Assembly (NCBI GenBank): GCA_049967415.1
Contig: JBMFSS010000017.1
Location: 2,030-66,029 of the forward strand
Reading direction: 5' to 3'
DNA from: Candidatus Limnocylindrales bacterium
GTDB lineage: Bacteria; Chloroflexota; Limnocylindria; Limnocylindrales; CSP1-4
DNA length: 64,000 bases
The notes under the pieces are model-generated. The model did not search any database and was not told where the DNA came from. It worked only from the letters and a program-made list of their open reading frames with translations. Shown one piece after another: positions 53,121-62,620 of this stretch. Made by a program: the position numbers and the translations under genes. Position 1 is the stretch's first letter. Every line of letters starts with the position of its first letter.

Positions 53121-53875
53121 GCCGCGTTCGGCTGGACCAGCTGCTGGTCGCGCGCGGCCTCGCCGACACCCGCTCGCGGGCGCAGGCGCTCCTGCTGGCC
53201 GGGCGCGTCCGCGTGGGAATCGGCGACGGGGCCCGGCCGGACCGCAAGCCCGGCGACCTGGTGGACCCCTCGACGCCGCTGGTGGTGGTGGAGCGGGCCC
53301 CCTTCGTCTCCCGCGGCGGCGAGAAACTGGCCGGCGCGCTCGACGCACTGGGGGTGGACCCGGCGGGCAGGGTCTGCCTCGACGTCGGCGCCTCCACCGG
53401 CGGGTTCACGGACTGTCTGTTGCGGCGGGGCGCCGCTCGTGTCTATGCTCTGGACGTGGGTCACGGCCAGCTCAGTCCTGCCCTGCGTGGCGACGCGCGC
53501 GTGGTTTCGATGGAACGGACCCACGCCCGCCGCCTCGACCCCGCGGACCCTGAGCCGGTCACCCTTCCCGAGCGCCCGTCCCTGGCCGTGATCGACGTCT
53601 CCTTCATCTCCCTGGAGCGGGTTCTGGGGCCCGTGATGGCCCAACTGGCGCCAGGCGCCGAGGTCGTGGCCCTGGTCAAGCCGCAGTTCGAGGCCGGGCC
53701 GCGGCTGGCGTCGGGCGGGGTGGTGCGGGATCCCGCCGTTCACCGTGCGGTGCTTGACGCGGTCCGGTCGCACGCTGCCGCCCTCGGCCTGCAGGTCCGG
53801 GGCGAGGTCCCGTCTCCGCTGCTGGGCCCGGCCGGCAACCGGGAGTTCTTTCTGCACCTGGCGGTCCCAGTCTGA
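53117..53875 (+). CDS. tlyA: TlyA-family 16S/23S rRNA (cytidine-2'-O)-methyltransferase
   Basis: S4-like VRLDQLLVARGLADTRSRAQALLLAGRV and the SAM motif LDVGASTGGFTDCLLRRGA. There is no in-frame ATG/GTG/TTG near the conserved N-terminus. The best candidate is CTG 53117, overlapping the dxs stop (CTGA). Confidence 0.8.
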   Translation: MSRVRLDQLLVARGLADTRSRAQALLLAGRVRVGIGDGARPDRKPGDLVDPSTPLVVVERAPFVSRGGEKLAGALDALGVDPAGRVCLDVGASTGGFTDCLLRRGAARVYALDVGHGQLSPALRGDARVVSMERTHARRLDPADPEPVTLPERPSLAVIDVSFISLERVLGPVMAQLAPGAEVVALVKPQFEAGPRLASGGVVRDPAVHRAVLDAVRSHAAALGLQVRGEVPSPLLGPAGNREFFLHLAVPV

Positions 53876-54717
53876 TGCGGTTCGGGTTCGCGTTCAATCC
53901 CACCATCCCGGCGACGCTCGAGCTCCGGGAACGGGCGCACGCCTGGTGCGATGCGAGCGGCGTGGAGCGCTGGGACGCGGCTGCGGGAGACAGCGGGGCC
54001 GTGGAGGCCGGTCTTCCCGGGACCGAGGTCCTGGTCGTGCTGGGCGGGGACGGCACGCTCCTCCGGGCCGCCCACGCCGTCGCGGTCGCCCAGTCGGACG
54101 TGCCGATCCTGGGCGTCAACCTGGGGAAGGTGGGGTTTCTCTCCAAGGCCTCGGCGGATGAACTGGAAGCGGTCCTGGAACGTGTCCGGCAGGGCGAGTT
54201 CGAGATCGAGGACCGGATGGCGCTGGAGGCCCGGGTCCTGCCCGGCGGCCGAGAGCAGGGGGCCCAGCTGTTCGTGGCCCTCAACGACGCGGCCATCGTG
54301 CGCGCCAGCCAGGCGCGCGTGGTCCGTCTGGAGGTCAGCGTCGACGGGTCGCACGTGACCACCCTCACTGCGGACGGGGTCATCGTGGCCACGCCCACGG
54401 GCTCCACGGGATACTCGTTCAGCGCCGGTGGCCCGATCCTGGACCCCACCAGCCGCAATCTCGTGGTCACCAGCGTGGCGGCGTATCTGAGTGCGATCCG
54501 TTCGGTGGTGGTGGGGCCCAGGCACACCGTGCGCGTACAGGTCCTGGCCGCCTTCGACGTGCTGGTCAGCATCGATGGCCACGAGGACGTGCTGCTCAAC
54601 GTGGGCGACGTGGTGGAGGTGCGGGCACGGCAGCGCTCTGTGCGCTTCGTGGAACCGCGCGGCGCGCCGGCCTTCTGGGACCTCCTCCGCGAGAAGGCGC
54701 AGCTCCTGCCCTCGTGA
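53875..54717 (+). CDS. nadK: NAD+ kinase
   Basis: Motifs VVLGGDGTLLRA, GVNLGKVGFL and ATPTGSTGYSFSAGGP. TGATG overlap. Confidence 0.92.
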   Translation: MRFGFAFNPTIPATLELRERAHAWCDASGVERWDAAAGDSGAVEAGLPGTEVLVVLGGDGTLLRAAHAVAVAQSDVPILGVNLGKVGFLSKASADELEAVLERVRQGEFEIEDRMALEARVLPGGREQGAQLFVALNDAAIVRASQARVVRLEVSVDGSHVTTLTADGVIVATPTGSTGYSFSAGGPILDPTSRNLVVTSVAAYLSAIRSVVVGPRHTVRVQVLAAFDVLVSIDGHEDVLLNVGDVVEVRARQRSVRFVEPRGAPAFWDLLREKAQLLPS

Positions 54718-56336
54718 CGCTGCTCGAACTGGAGGTCCGCGACCTCGCGCTGATCGAGCGGGTCCGCCTGGAGCCCGATCCCCGGTTCACCGTGATCACC
54801 GGGGAGACCGGAGCTGGGAAGTCGCTCCTGATCGACGCCCTGGCCCTGGTGCTCGGGGCGCGGGCGGACGCCGGGCTGGTGCGCGCCGGGGCCGCTGCCG
54901 CCCGCGTGCAGGCGCTCTTCGAGCGAGACCCGGAACCCCTGATCTGCGCCCGCGAGGTTGCCGCGAGCGGACGCAGCACCGCCCGCATCGACGACTCGGC
55001 CGTTCCGGCGGCGCGTCTGGGCGAGGTCGCGGGGCCGCTGGTGGAGATCCACGGGCAGCACGAGCAGCAGCGGCTGCTCGAGCCTGCCCGGCAGCGTGAG
55101 CTGCTGGACGCATACGGCGGGCACGGGGCGCTGCGCCAACGAATGGCCGAGGCGTTTGCGGCCTGGCGTGACAACCGGCTGGCGCTGGACGCCCTGGAGG
55201 ACGACCCGCGGGCGGTGGACCGGCTGCTTCAGCTCCAGCTGCATGAAGCGGAGGAGATCGAGCAGGCCGGCCTGCGGCCCGGTGAAGCCACGGAGATCCG
55301 GGAGCAGCTGGCGGCCGCCGCCAGTGCGGAACAGGTGGCGCGCCTGGTCGCCTCCGCTCGCGAACGGCTGGCGGGGGAGGGGATCGGCGCTCGCGACGCG
55401 CTGGCCCGGGCGGCGCGGGACGCCGCCGAGCTGGGGCGGCTCCTGCCGTCGGCGTCGGGACTCGCTGCGCGGGTCGACGGCCTCCTCGCGGAGACGGACG
55501 ACATCGTCTCGGAGCTGCGCCGCGCGGCGGCCGCGGTGGACCGCGACCCCGCCGCCATCGCGCGCCTGGAGGAACGGTTGGGCCTGATCTACGCGCTGGA
55601 GCGCAAGTACGGGCCCGACGAGGAGGCGGTGCTGGCCCATGGCGAGCAGGCGCGGGCGTCGGCCGCGCGCCTGCAGGGTCTGGCCGCCGAACGTGCCCGT
55701 CGCCTGGCCGCCGACCGGTCCCTGGAAGCGACTGCCCGCGCTGCCGCCGCGGCGCTCACGGTCGCCCGCCGGGAGACCGCAGCGCGGCTGGGGGCGGCCG
55801 TCTCGCAGGCGCTCGCGCAGCTGGGCTTTCGCCAGGCACGCATGGAGGTGGCGCTCCTGCCGGCGGAGCTGGGGGCGACCGGGTTGGATCTCGTGCAGTT
55901 CACCATCGCCCCCAACCCGGGCGAGCCCGCCATGCCGCTCGCCCGGATCGCCTCGGGGGGCGAGCTTTCCCGGGTTTCGCTGGCCCTGAAGGAGGTCCTG
56001 GCGACGGCGGACGCGACGCCCACCCTGGTCTTCGATGAGATCGACGCGGGGATCGGGGCCCGTTCCGCCGATTCCGTGGGACGCAGCCTGCGACGTCTCG
56101 CCCGGCACCACCAGGTCCTGTGTGTGACGCATCTCGCCCAGATCGCCGTGTACGCCGATTGCCACCTCCGCATCGAGAAACACGAGCGCGATGGGCGAAC
56201 GGTCACCGAGGTGCGGCGCCTGGGCCCGTCGGAACGGCTCACGGAGCTGGCGGTGATGCTGGGCGGGGAGGGCGGCGGTCCGGCCGCGCACGCGGCAGCC
56301 CAGGAGCTCCTGGACCGCGCCTCGGCCGACCTATGA
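54714..56336 (+). CDS. recN: DNA repair protein RecN
   Basis: VITGETGAGKSLL, a long coiled coil, SGGELSRVSLAL and LVFDEIDAGIG. GTGA overlap. Confidence 0.92.
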   Translation: MTLLELEVRDLALIERVRLEPDPRFTVITGETGAGKSLLIDALALVLGARADAGLVRAGAAAARVQALFERDPEPLICAREVAASGRSTARIDDSAVPAARLGEVAGPLVEIHGQHEQQRLLEPARQRELLDAYGGHGALRQRMAEAFAAWRDNRLALDALEDDPRAVDRLLQLQLHEAEEIEQAGLRPGEATEIREQLAAAASAEQVARLVASARERLAGEGIGARDALARAARDAAELGRLLPSASGLAARVDGLLAETDDIVSELRRAAAAVDRDPAAIARLEERLGLIYALERKYGPDEEAVLAHGEQARASAARLQGLAAERARRLAADRSLEATARAAAAALTVARRETAARLGAAVSQALAQLGFRQARMEVALLPAELGATGLDLVQFTIAPNPGEPAMPLARIASGGELSRVSLALKEVLATADATPTLVFDEIDAGIGARSADSVGRSLRRLARHHQVLCVTHLAQIAVYADCHLRIEKHERDGRTVTEVRRLGPSERLTELAVMLGGEGGGPAAHAAAQELLDRASADL

Positions 56337-57313
56337 CCGCCCCCGACCCGGCCGGGCGTGGCGCGCCGCCTGAAGACCTGCAGCGGACCATCAACGGCTA
56401 CCTGCTGCATCTTCGGGTGGAACGCGGGCTGGCGCCCCTGACGATCGGCGCCTATGCGGCTGACCTGCGTGCGTTCGCCCGGGACGCGCCGCAGGTCGAG
56501 ATCTGGGCGACCAGCGCCGAACCGGCACGCGCCTACCTGGCCGGGCTGGTCCGGCCGCCGCGCGCCCTCCGCCCGACCAGCCACCGGCGCAAGGCGGCCT
56601 CGATCCGGGCGTTCTACCGCTTCGCCTACGGCGACGACTGGATTGCCGTGGACGTGGCGGGCGCCCTCGACCTGCCCCGCCAGGCGCGCCGGCTGCCGGA
56701 CGTACTGGATCCCGCCGAGGTGGTCAGGCTGCTGGAGGCGGTACCGATGCCCCCGGGCCCGCCCCGGACCCCCGCCGAGGCCGCGGCGATGCGGGACCGG
56801 GCGCTCCTCGAACTGCTCTACGCCAGCGGCCTGCGGATCGGCGAGGCGCTCGGCCTCGACCGCGATGATCTCTCCCTGGACGGCGGCTACGTCCGGGTCC
56901 TGGGCAAGGGCAACCGCGAGCGGCTGGTCCCGGTCGGGGAGCCGGCTCTCGAGGCCCTGGCGCGCTGGCTGGAAGAGGCACGTGGCCCGCAGCCGGCCCG
57001 GTCAACGGGCGCGACAGGGGAGAGTCGGGGAAGTGACGACCCGCTCTTCATCGGCGCGCGCGGCAGGCGCATGGGCCGCATGGCCGCCTGGCGGGCGGTC
57101 CAGCAAGCGGCGCGACGCGCCGGCCTGGCCGAGCACGTCACCCCGCACACCCTACGGCACAGCTTTGCCACGCACCTCCTGGAGGGCGGCGCCGACCTGC
57201 GGGTCGTCCAGGAGCTGCTCGGACATGCGAGCATTGAGACCACGCAGCTCTACACCCACCTGACGGGGGAGCGCATCCGTCAGGTCTACGCGCGGGCCCA
57301 TCCTCGGGCCTGA
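56333..57313 (+). CDS. xerD: Tyrosine recombinase XerD-type
   Basis: LHLRVERGLAPLTIGAYAADL and HTLRHSFATHLLEGGADLRVVQELLGHASIETTQLYTHL. ATGA overlap with recN; the track start at 56120 is an over-extension. Confidence 0.85.
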   Translation: MTAPDPAGRGAPPEDLQRTINGYLLHLRVERGLAPLTIGAYAADLRAFARDAPQVEIWATSAEPARAYLAGLVRPPRALRPTSHRRKAASIRAFYRFAYGDDWIAVDVAGALDLPRQARRLPDVLDPAEVVRLLEAVPMPPGPPRTPAEAAAMRDRALLELLYASGLRIGEALGLDRDDLSLDGGYVRVLGKGNRERLVPVGEPALEALARWLEEARGPQPARSTGATGESRGSDDPLFIGARGRRMGRMAAWRAVQQAARRAGLAEHVTPHTLRHSFATHLLEGGADLRVVQELLGHASIETTQLYTHLTGERIRQVYARAHPRA

Positions 57314-57329
57314 CGCAGGAGGATCGACG

Positions 57330-58118
57330 ATGCGGTACACGGACTCGCTGCTGGCGGACGGCGAGGTGATCGTGCGCGACGCGCGCCAGCACTGGCTGGC
57401 GCCGCTGGTCGAGGGCATCGGGGCATGGGTGCTGCTGCTGGTTGGCGCGCTGGCTCTCGTGGCCGGGCTGCTCCTGCGACAGACCGCGGATCCAGGCCCC
57501 ACGATCGGGATGGCGCTGTCGGTGGTCGCCCTGCTGGCCCTGGCCGGCGGGTTGCTCCTGGCGATCCGCCGGTTCCTCGCCTGGCGGGCGCAGCATTTCA
57601 TGGTGACCAACCGGCGTGTGCTGCAGGTCGAGGGGATCCTCAACAAGCGGGCGGCTGATTCCTCCCTCGAGAAGATCAATGACGCGATCCTGACCCAGAC
57701 CCTGCTGGGCCGCATCCTGGGCTACGGCGACCTGGAGGTCCTCACGGCGTCCGAATCGGCCATCGACCGGTTCCGGATGCTGGCCCACGCGGCCGCCTTC
57801 AAGCGCGAGATGCTGAACCAGAAGCACGCCCTGGAGCTCGAGCTGGGCCGTCCCTCCACGCCGCCCCTGCGCGCGGACCGGGCGGCCGCATCGCCCGCCG
57901 GCTCATCGATATTGCCGGACGCACCGCCCGGCACGCACTCGGGAGCCGATGCCCGGGAAGACGGGGCCGCCCCGTGGGCCCCGCCCGGGGCGGCCGCATC
58001 GGCCGACCCGGAGCAGATCATGTTCACCCTGGGACGCCTCGCGGACCTGCGTGACCGGGGCGCCATCACGGCAGAGGAGTTCGAAGCCAAGAAGGCAGAG
58101 CTGCTGGCGCGCCTCTGA
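57330..58118 (+). CDS. Membrane protein with a bacterial PH (bPH_2/YdbT-like) domain and a C-terminal SHOCT domain
   Basis: Two TM helices, HFMVTNRRVLQVEGILNKRAADSSLEKI, and a C-terminal LRDRGAITAEEFEAKKAELLARL. AGGAGG lies 7 nt before the ATG. Confidence 0.7.
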   Translation: MRYTDSLLADGEVIVRDARQHWLAPLVEGIGAWVLLLVGALALVAGLLLRQTADPGPTIGMALSVVALLALAGGLLLAIRRFLAWRAQHFMVTNRRVLQVEGILNKRAADSSLEKINDAILTQTLLGRILGYGDLEVLTASESAIDRFRMLAHAAAFKREMLNQKHALELELGRPSTPPLRADRAAASPAGSSILPDAPPGTHSGADAREDGAAPWAPPGAAASADPEQIMFTLGRLADLRDRGAITAEEFEAKKAELLARL

Positions 58119-58179
58119 GGCGGCCCTGGCCCCGTCCCCGGTACCATGTGTGGGTCAGCCCGGCCAGCACGGAGGTTTC

Positions 58180-58821
58180 GTGAACTCACCGCTCATCGGT
58201 TCCCTGATCGCGGTGGCGATCATCCTGCTCGTCGGGTTTCCCGTCCACGAGTTCAGCCACGCACTGGCGGCCGACCGGCTGGGGGACCACACCGCGCGGT
58301 ACATGGGCCGGCTCTCGCTGGACCCGAGGGTGCATTTCGACCCGCTGGGCGGGGGCCTCCTGGTGCTCAGCGCGATCGTGGGCGGCATCTTCGTCGGCTG
58401 GGCCAAGCCCACCCCGGTGAACCCGAACAACCTGGAGGGAGGGCCGCGCGGCGAGGCGATCGTGGCCGCCGCCGGCCCGGCGTCAAACCTGGCGATGGCC
58501 GCGCTGGTGGCCATCGCGGTGCGTGCCATCAGCGCCTTCGGGCTGCTCAACCCGGCGATTAGCCAGGCGGACCTGCTCCTCTGGTACGTCCTGAACTACC
58601 TGGTCATCATCAACGTCTTTCTCTTCCTGTTCAACCTGCTGCCCATCCCCCCGCTCGACGGGTACCAGGTCCTGCTCGGGCTGGTGAGCCCCCGGACGGC
58701 CTGGAAGATCCGCCAGTACGAGCAGTACGGGTTCCTGCTGATCGTGGTGCTCTTCCTGGTGGGAGCACCGGTGATCGCACCGATTGGAGACCACGTCTAC
58801 GCCTTCCTGGTGGGCGGTTAA
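58180..58821 (+). CDS. Site-2 protease family (M50) zinc metalloprotease, short form
   Basis: HEFSHALAA within TM1, and FNLLPIPPLDG. Start at GTG 58180; the track start at 57949 is an over-extension. Confidence 0.8.
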   Translation: MNSPLIGSLIAVAIILLVGFPVHEFSHALAADRLGDHTARYMGRLSLDPRVHFDPLGGGLLVLSAIVGGIFVGWAKPTPVNPNNLEGGPRGEAIVAAAGPASNLAMAALVAIAVRAISAFGLLNPAISQADLLLWYVLNYLVIINVFLFLFNLLPIPPLDGYQVLLGLVSPRTAWKIRQYEQYGFLLIVVLFLVGAPVIAPIGDHVYAFLVGG

Positions 58822-59287
58822 GGTCCGCCAGTTCGCCACGCACGTGACCGCCGACGTGCGAACGGAGGAGCTCCGCGAACTGGAGAGCTGGGTGACGCCT
58901 GCGCAGCGGAGGCTCTTCGTCTCCATGCACCGCGCTGACCAGCGCCACGCGCTCGACGTGGTCCGTCGTTTGCGAGCGGCGGGCTGGGACGACCGCGCGC
59001 TCCTGCTGGCCGGCCTCTTCCACGACGCGGGAAAGGGCCACACCGGGCTCTGGCCGCGCGTGGCCTGGTCGCTCGGGGATCGATACGGCGGACCCCTCCG
59101 CCGCGCGGCGCTGCTGTTGCCCGGGTTTCGCACCGCACTGGAGCGCCTGGACCGCCACCCGGAGGTTTCGGCCGAGCTTGCCCTCCGCGCCGGGTGCCCT
59201 CCGCGGACGGCCGAGCTGATCCGGCACCAGGCGGCACCGGCGGATGCCGAGGGCGAGGCCCTGCATCGCGCGGACGAGGCAAGCTAG
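58784..59287 (+). CDS. HD-domain protein (metal-dependent phosphohydrolase)
   Basis: MHRADQRHALDV...LLAGLFHDAGKG. The TTG start overlaps the M50 gene by 38 nt, so the start is uncertain. Confidence 0.6.
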   Translation: METTSTPSWWAVKVRQFATHVTADVRTEELRELESWVTPAQRRLFVSMHRADQRHALDVVRRLRAAGWDDRALLLAGLFHDAGKGHTGLWPRVAWSLGDRYGGPLRRAALLLPGFRTALERLDRHPEVSAELALRAGCPPRTAELIRHQAAPADAEGEALHRADEAS

Positions 59288-59291
59288 CCGC

Positions 59292-60353
59292 ATGTCGCGC
59301 CCTGTAAGCGCCGCCCGGGAGGGCTCGTCCGGAGCGGTCACGGTCTCCTTCGGAGCGGGGCGCCGCCCTGAGCAGGCGACGCACGTGCGGGTCGGGGTGC
59401 CGGACGCGGCGGCCGGGTCACGGCCGGCCCCCGGTTCCCGGTCCGGTGCCGCTGGCGCCCGCGGCGCCGCTCGCGTCGCGCAGAACGGAGGCGCGGCCGT
59501 GGCCGGCGGTGCAGGTGCCCGGGCGCCGATCGGCGGCCCCGGGAAGGCCGAAACCGGCCTGCCGGACGCCGATCCGGTGGCATTCGAGGGACCGCTGGCC
59601 CTGCTGCTGTCACTGATCGAGGCCCGCCAGCTGGACGTGCTGACAGTGCCGCTCGGAGCGCTCGCCGGGGCCTACCTGGCAGCCCTGGCCGACCTGCAGG
59701 GCGACCGGCTCCCCCACCTGAGCGCCTTCGTGGCGGTGGCGGCGCAACTGATCCTGATCAAGTCCCGCGCGCTGCTGCCTCGTGCACCCGCCGCTGAGAC
59801 CCCCAGCCCCGGGGACGACCTGCCGGACCCGGAGGCCGAACTGCGCCGCCGCCTGATCGTCTACCGGGCCTACCGGCAGGCCGGTGCGTGGCTCCTCGAA
59901 CAGGGGCGTACCTGCGGGCCGCTGCTGCGGCGGGAGCCCGCCGTTGCCCAGGCTGCCGGTGTGGCGGGGGCTCGCCCGGCGCCGGAACCGCCCCTGGACC
60001 CGGGGCTCCTGGTGGCCGCGCTCCGGACCGCGGCACGCCTGGCCGAGCCGCCTCTGCCACCCCCCGAGGTCCTGCGCCGCACCATCACGCTGGCGGAACG
60101 GGCAGAGGCGATCCGCGAGGCGCTCCGCGGCACGCCGCTGGTTGTGTTGCAGGATCTGATCGGCACCACCCCCGACCGGGTCCTGGCCACGGTGACGTTC
60201 CTGGCCATGCTGGAGCTGGTGAAGCGGCACGAGATCTCGGTGACTCAGGAACGGCCGTGGGGCCCCATCCTGTGCCGCTCACTCGAGCGCGGCATGCAGG
60301 CTGAGGGCCGAGCGTCCCTTCCGATCGATGAAACGCTGGAGGACTTCGCGTGA
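59292..60353 (+). CDS. scpA: Segregation and condensation protein A
   Basis: FEGPLALLLSLIEARQLDVLTVPL, and FLAMLELVKRHEISVTQE. The first roughly 95 aa are low-complexity Ala/Gly/Arg. An alternative start at GTG 59577 would give a typical length of about 258 aa. Confidence 0.8.
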   Translation: MSRPVSAAREGSSGAVTVSFGAGRRPEQATHVRVGVPDAAAGSRPAPGSRSGAAGARGAARVAQNGGAAVAGGAGARAPIGGPGKAETGLPDADPVAFEGPLALLLSLIEARQLDVLTVPLGALAGAYLAALADLQGDRLPHLSAFVAVAAQLILIKSRALLPRAPAAETPSPGDDLPDPEAELRRRLIVYRAYRQAGAWLLEQGRTCGPLLRREPAVAQAAGVAGARPAPEPPLDPGLLVAALRTAARLAEPPLPPPEVLRRTITLAERAEAIREALRGTPLVVLQDLIGTTPDRVLATVTFLAMLELVKRHEISVTQERPWGPILCRSLERGMQAEGRASLPIDETLEDFA

Positions 60354-60994
60354 GCCGTGCCGAGGCAGATCCGATCCCGGTCGCCGCGGCTGGCGAGGGC
60401 CAGGTGCCCCCACCCGAGGGGTTACCCGCGGGCGGGCTCTCGACGGCCCAGCTGGAGGCGCTCCTGTTCGTGGCCGAGCGACCCCTGGCCCGCCGCGAGA
60501 TCGGGGTCCTGGCCGGCGTGGACGACGCCGCGGTGGACGTCGCGCTGGGGGATCTGGAGGTGGAGCTGGCGTCGCGCGGGATCCGGTTGCTGGCGGCGGG
60601 CGACCGAGTCGCGCTGGCCACCGCGCCCGAGGCGGGCAGCCTCATCGCCCGCTACGTGGGTGCCGAGGGGGTGCGACTCACACCGGCCGCGCTGGAGACG
60701 CTGGCGATCGTGGCCTACCGTCAACCGGCGACACGCGCGATCATCGAGCGGATCCGAGGCGTGGACTCGGATTACGTGGTCCGCTCGCTGCTGCACCGGC
60801 GGCTGATCGTGGAGCTGGGGCGTTCCGAGGCCCCCGGGCGGCCCATCCTGTATGGGACCTCCTTCGAGTTCCTCGAACGCTTCGGGCTCACTTCGCTCGA
60901 CGATCTGCCGCCGCTGGAGGCAGAGACGGCCGAACGGCTGGCCGGGGCAGGAGACGAGCCGGGGGCGGTGGCCATGGATGGCGAGGAGGGCTGA
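60350..60994 (+). CDS. scpB: Segregation and condensation protein B
   Basis: LEALLFVAERPL, AYRQPATRAIIERIRGV and YGTSFEFLERFGLTSLDDLP. GTGA overlap. Confidence 0.88.
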   Translation: MSRAEADPIPVAAAGEGQVPPPEGLPAGGLSTAQLEALLFVAERPLARREIGVLAGVDDAAVDVALGDLEVELASRGIRLLAAGDRVALATAPEAGSLIARYVGAEGVRLTPAALETLAIVAYRQPATRAIIERIRGVDSDYVVRSLLHRRLIVELGRSEAPGRPILYGTSFEFLERFGLTSLDDLPPLEAETAERLAGAGDEPGAVAMDGEEG

Positions 60995-61000
60995 GCGGCC

Positions 61001-61867
61001 ATGCCGGACGTGCGGCTCCAGAAGGCGCTCGCGGAGGCTGGCGTGGGCTCGCGGCGGTACGCTGAAGGGCTGATTGCGGCCGGGCGGGTGTCGGTTGAGG
61101 GGTCGCCTGCGAGGCTGGGCATTCGGGTTGACCCGGCCCGGCAGTCGATCCTGGTGGATGGCCAGCCGCTCGCTCCGCGCCCGGCAACCGTCTGGCTCGC
61201 GCTGCACAAGCCACGGGGTGTCACGAGCACGGTGTGGGACCCCCACGCTGCGTCCACCGTGCTCGACCTGGTGCCGCGCGAGGTCCTTGCCGGGGCCGGA
61301 CGCCTCTACCCGGTGGGGCGCCTGGATCGCGATTCCGAAGGCCTGCTGCTGATCACCAACGACGGTGAGTGGGCGCAGCGCGTGCTCCATCCAGGGCGCG
61401 AGGTGGACCGCGAATACGCGGTGGGGGTCCGCCGGCCCCTCTCGCAGGAGCAGGGCGATCGGTTGCTGCTCGGCGTCGAGCTGGAGGAGGGTCGGGCGTA
61501 CCTGCTCGACCTGCGGCCGGCGGGCGAACTGGAGACCCAGGCGCTCCTCCGGTTGCTCGAGGCGGACCCTCCCGAGCCGTTGGTCTGGTACCTGGCCACC
61601 CTGGGCCAGGGCTGGAAACGCCAGGTCCGCCGCATGTTCGCGGCGGTGGGTGCGCCCGTGGCGCGCCTGGTGCGAGTCCGTGTCGGTGGCCTGCGGCTCG
61701 GTGCGCTCCGGTCCGGGGAGATCCGGCGGCTCTCGGATGGGGAAGCCGCCCGGGCCGCCCGGGGACGCAGCTCCGCAGGCGCGTCCCCGCAGGCAGCGGC
61801 GCGGGCGCGTCACCCCGGCGCCCGCGGGCCGCGGCGCGGCGGGGCACCGCGCGAGCCAGGCGGATGA
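61001..61867 (+). CDS. rluB: Pseudouridine synthase, RsuA/RluB family
   Basis: S4 domain LQKALAEAGVGSRR. Catalytic PVGRLDRDSEGLLLITNDG. Arg-rich tail. Confidence 0.88.
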   Translation: MPDVRLQKALAEAGVGSRRYAEGLIAAGRVSVEGSPARLGIRVDPARQSILVDGQPLAPRPATVWLALHKPRGVTSTVWDPHAASTVLDLVPREVLAGAGRLYPVGRLDRDSEGLLLITNDGEWAQRVLHPGREVDREYAVGVRRPLSQEQGDRLLLGVELEEGRAYLLDLRPAGELETQALLRLLEADPPEPLVWYLATLGQGWKRQVRRMFAAVGAPVARLVRVRVGGLRLGALRSGEIRRLSDGEAARAARGRSSAGASPQAAARARHPGARGPRRGGAPREPGG

Positions 61868-62613
61868 GCGGAGCGAGCGATACCGGCCGCCTGGAGATCG
61901 CGAGACGCGGCCCGGTGGTCGCGCTGGACGGACCCGGTTCCAGTGGCAAGACCACGGTGGGCGCGCTGGCCGCCGCCCGGCTCGGGCTCCGCTTCTGTGA
62001 CACCGGCCTCTTCTACCGGGGCGTGGCATGGCTCGCCCTGCGCCGCGAGGTGCCGCTGCACGATGGACCAGCCCTGGCGGCCCTGGCTCCGGAGGTGGAA
62101 CTCGAGGCCGACCAGGCGGGCCGGTACGTGCGGGTACGGGCCGCGGGCGCAGACGTCACGGGGAGCGTGCACGGCCCGGAGATCGACCGAGTCGTGAGCG
62201 AGGTCGCGCGCCAGCCGGAACTGCGAGCCGCCTTGCTACCCCGCCAGCGTGCCCTCGCCGCGCAGGGCGGCATCGTGATGGCCGGCCGGGATATCGGAAC
62301 CGTGGTGCTCCCGGACGCCGACTGCAAGATCTACCTGGATGCCTCGCTTGAGGAACGCGCCCGGCGCCGCGGGCTCGAGCGGGGCATCGGCGCGGAGGAT
62401 GGCGGCAGCGACGCCGTGCGCGGAATCCTCGATGAGCTCCGCGCCCGTGACGCGCTCGATGCCGGCCGCATCACGGCGCCAATGCGCGCCGCCCGGGACG
62501 CGACGGTGCTCCGGACCGATGGCAGCACGCTGGAGCAGGCCGTGGACGCCGTGGTGCAGGCGGTGGTGCGCAGCGGCCACGCGCCCGAGCGGGACGGGTC
62601 CGTGACACAATGA
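61864..62613 (+). CDS. cmk: Cytidylate kinase
   Basis: VVALDGPGSSGKTTV and GRDIGTVVLP. ATGA overlap with rluB; the track start at 61369 is an over-extension. Confidence 0.9.
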   Translation: MSGASDTGRLEIARRGPVVALDGPGSSGKTTVGALAAARLGLRFCDTGLFYRGVAWLALRREVPLHDGPALAALAPEVELEADQAGRYVRVRAAGADVTGSVHGPEIDRVVSEVARQPELRAALLPRQRALAAQGGIVMAGRDIGTVVLPDADCKIYLDASLEERARRRGLERGIGAEDGGSDAVRGILDELRARDALDAGRITAPMRAARDATVLRTDGSTLEQAVDAVVQAVVRSGHAPERDGSVTQ

Positions 62614-62620
62614 CCATCCC

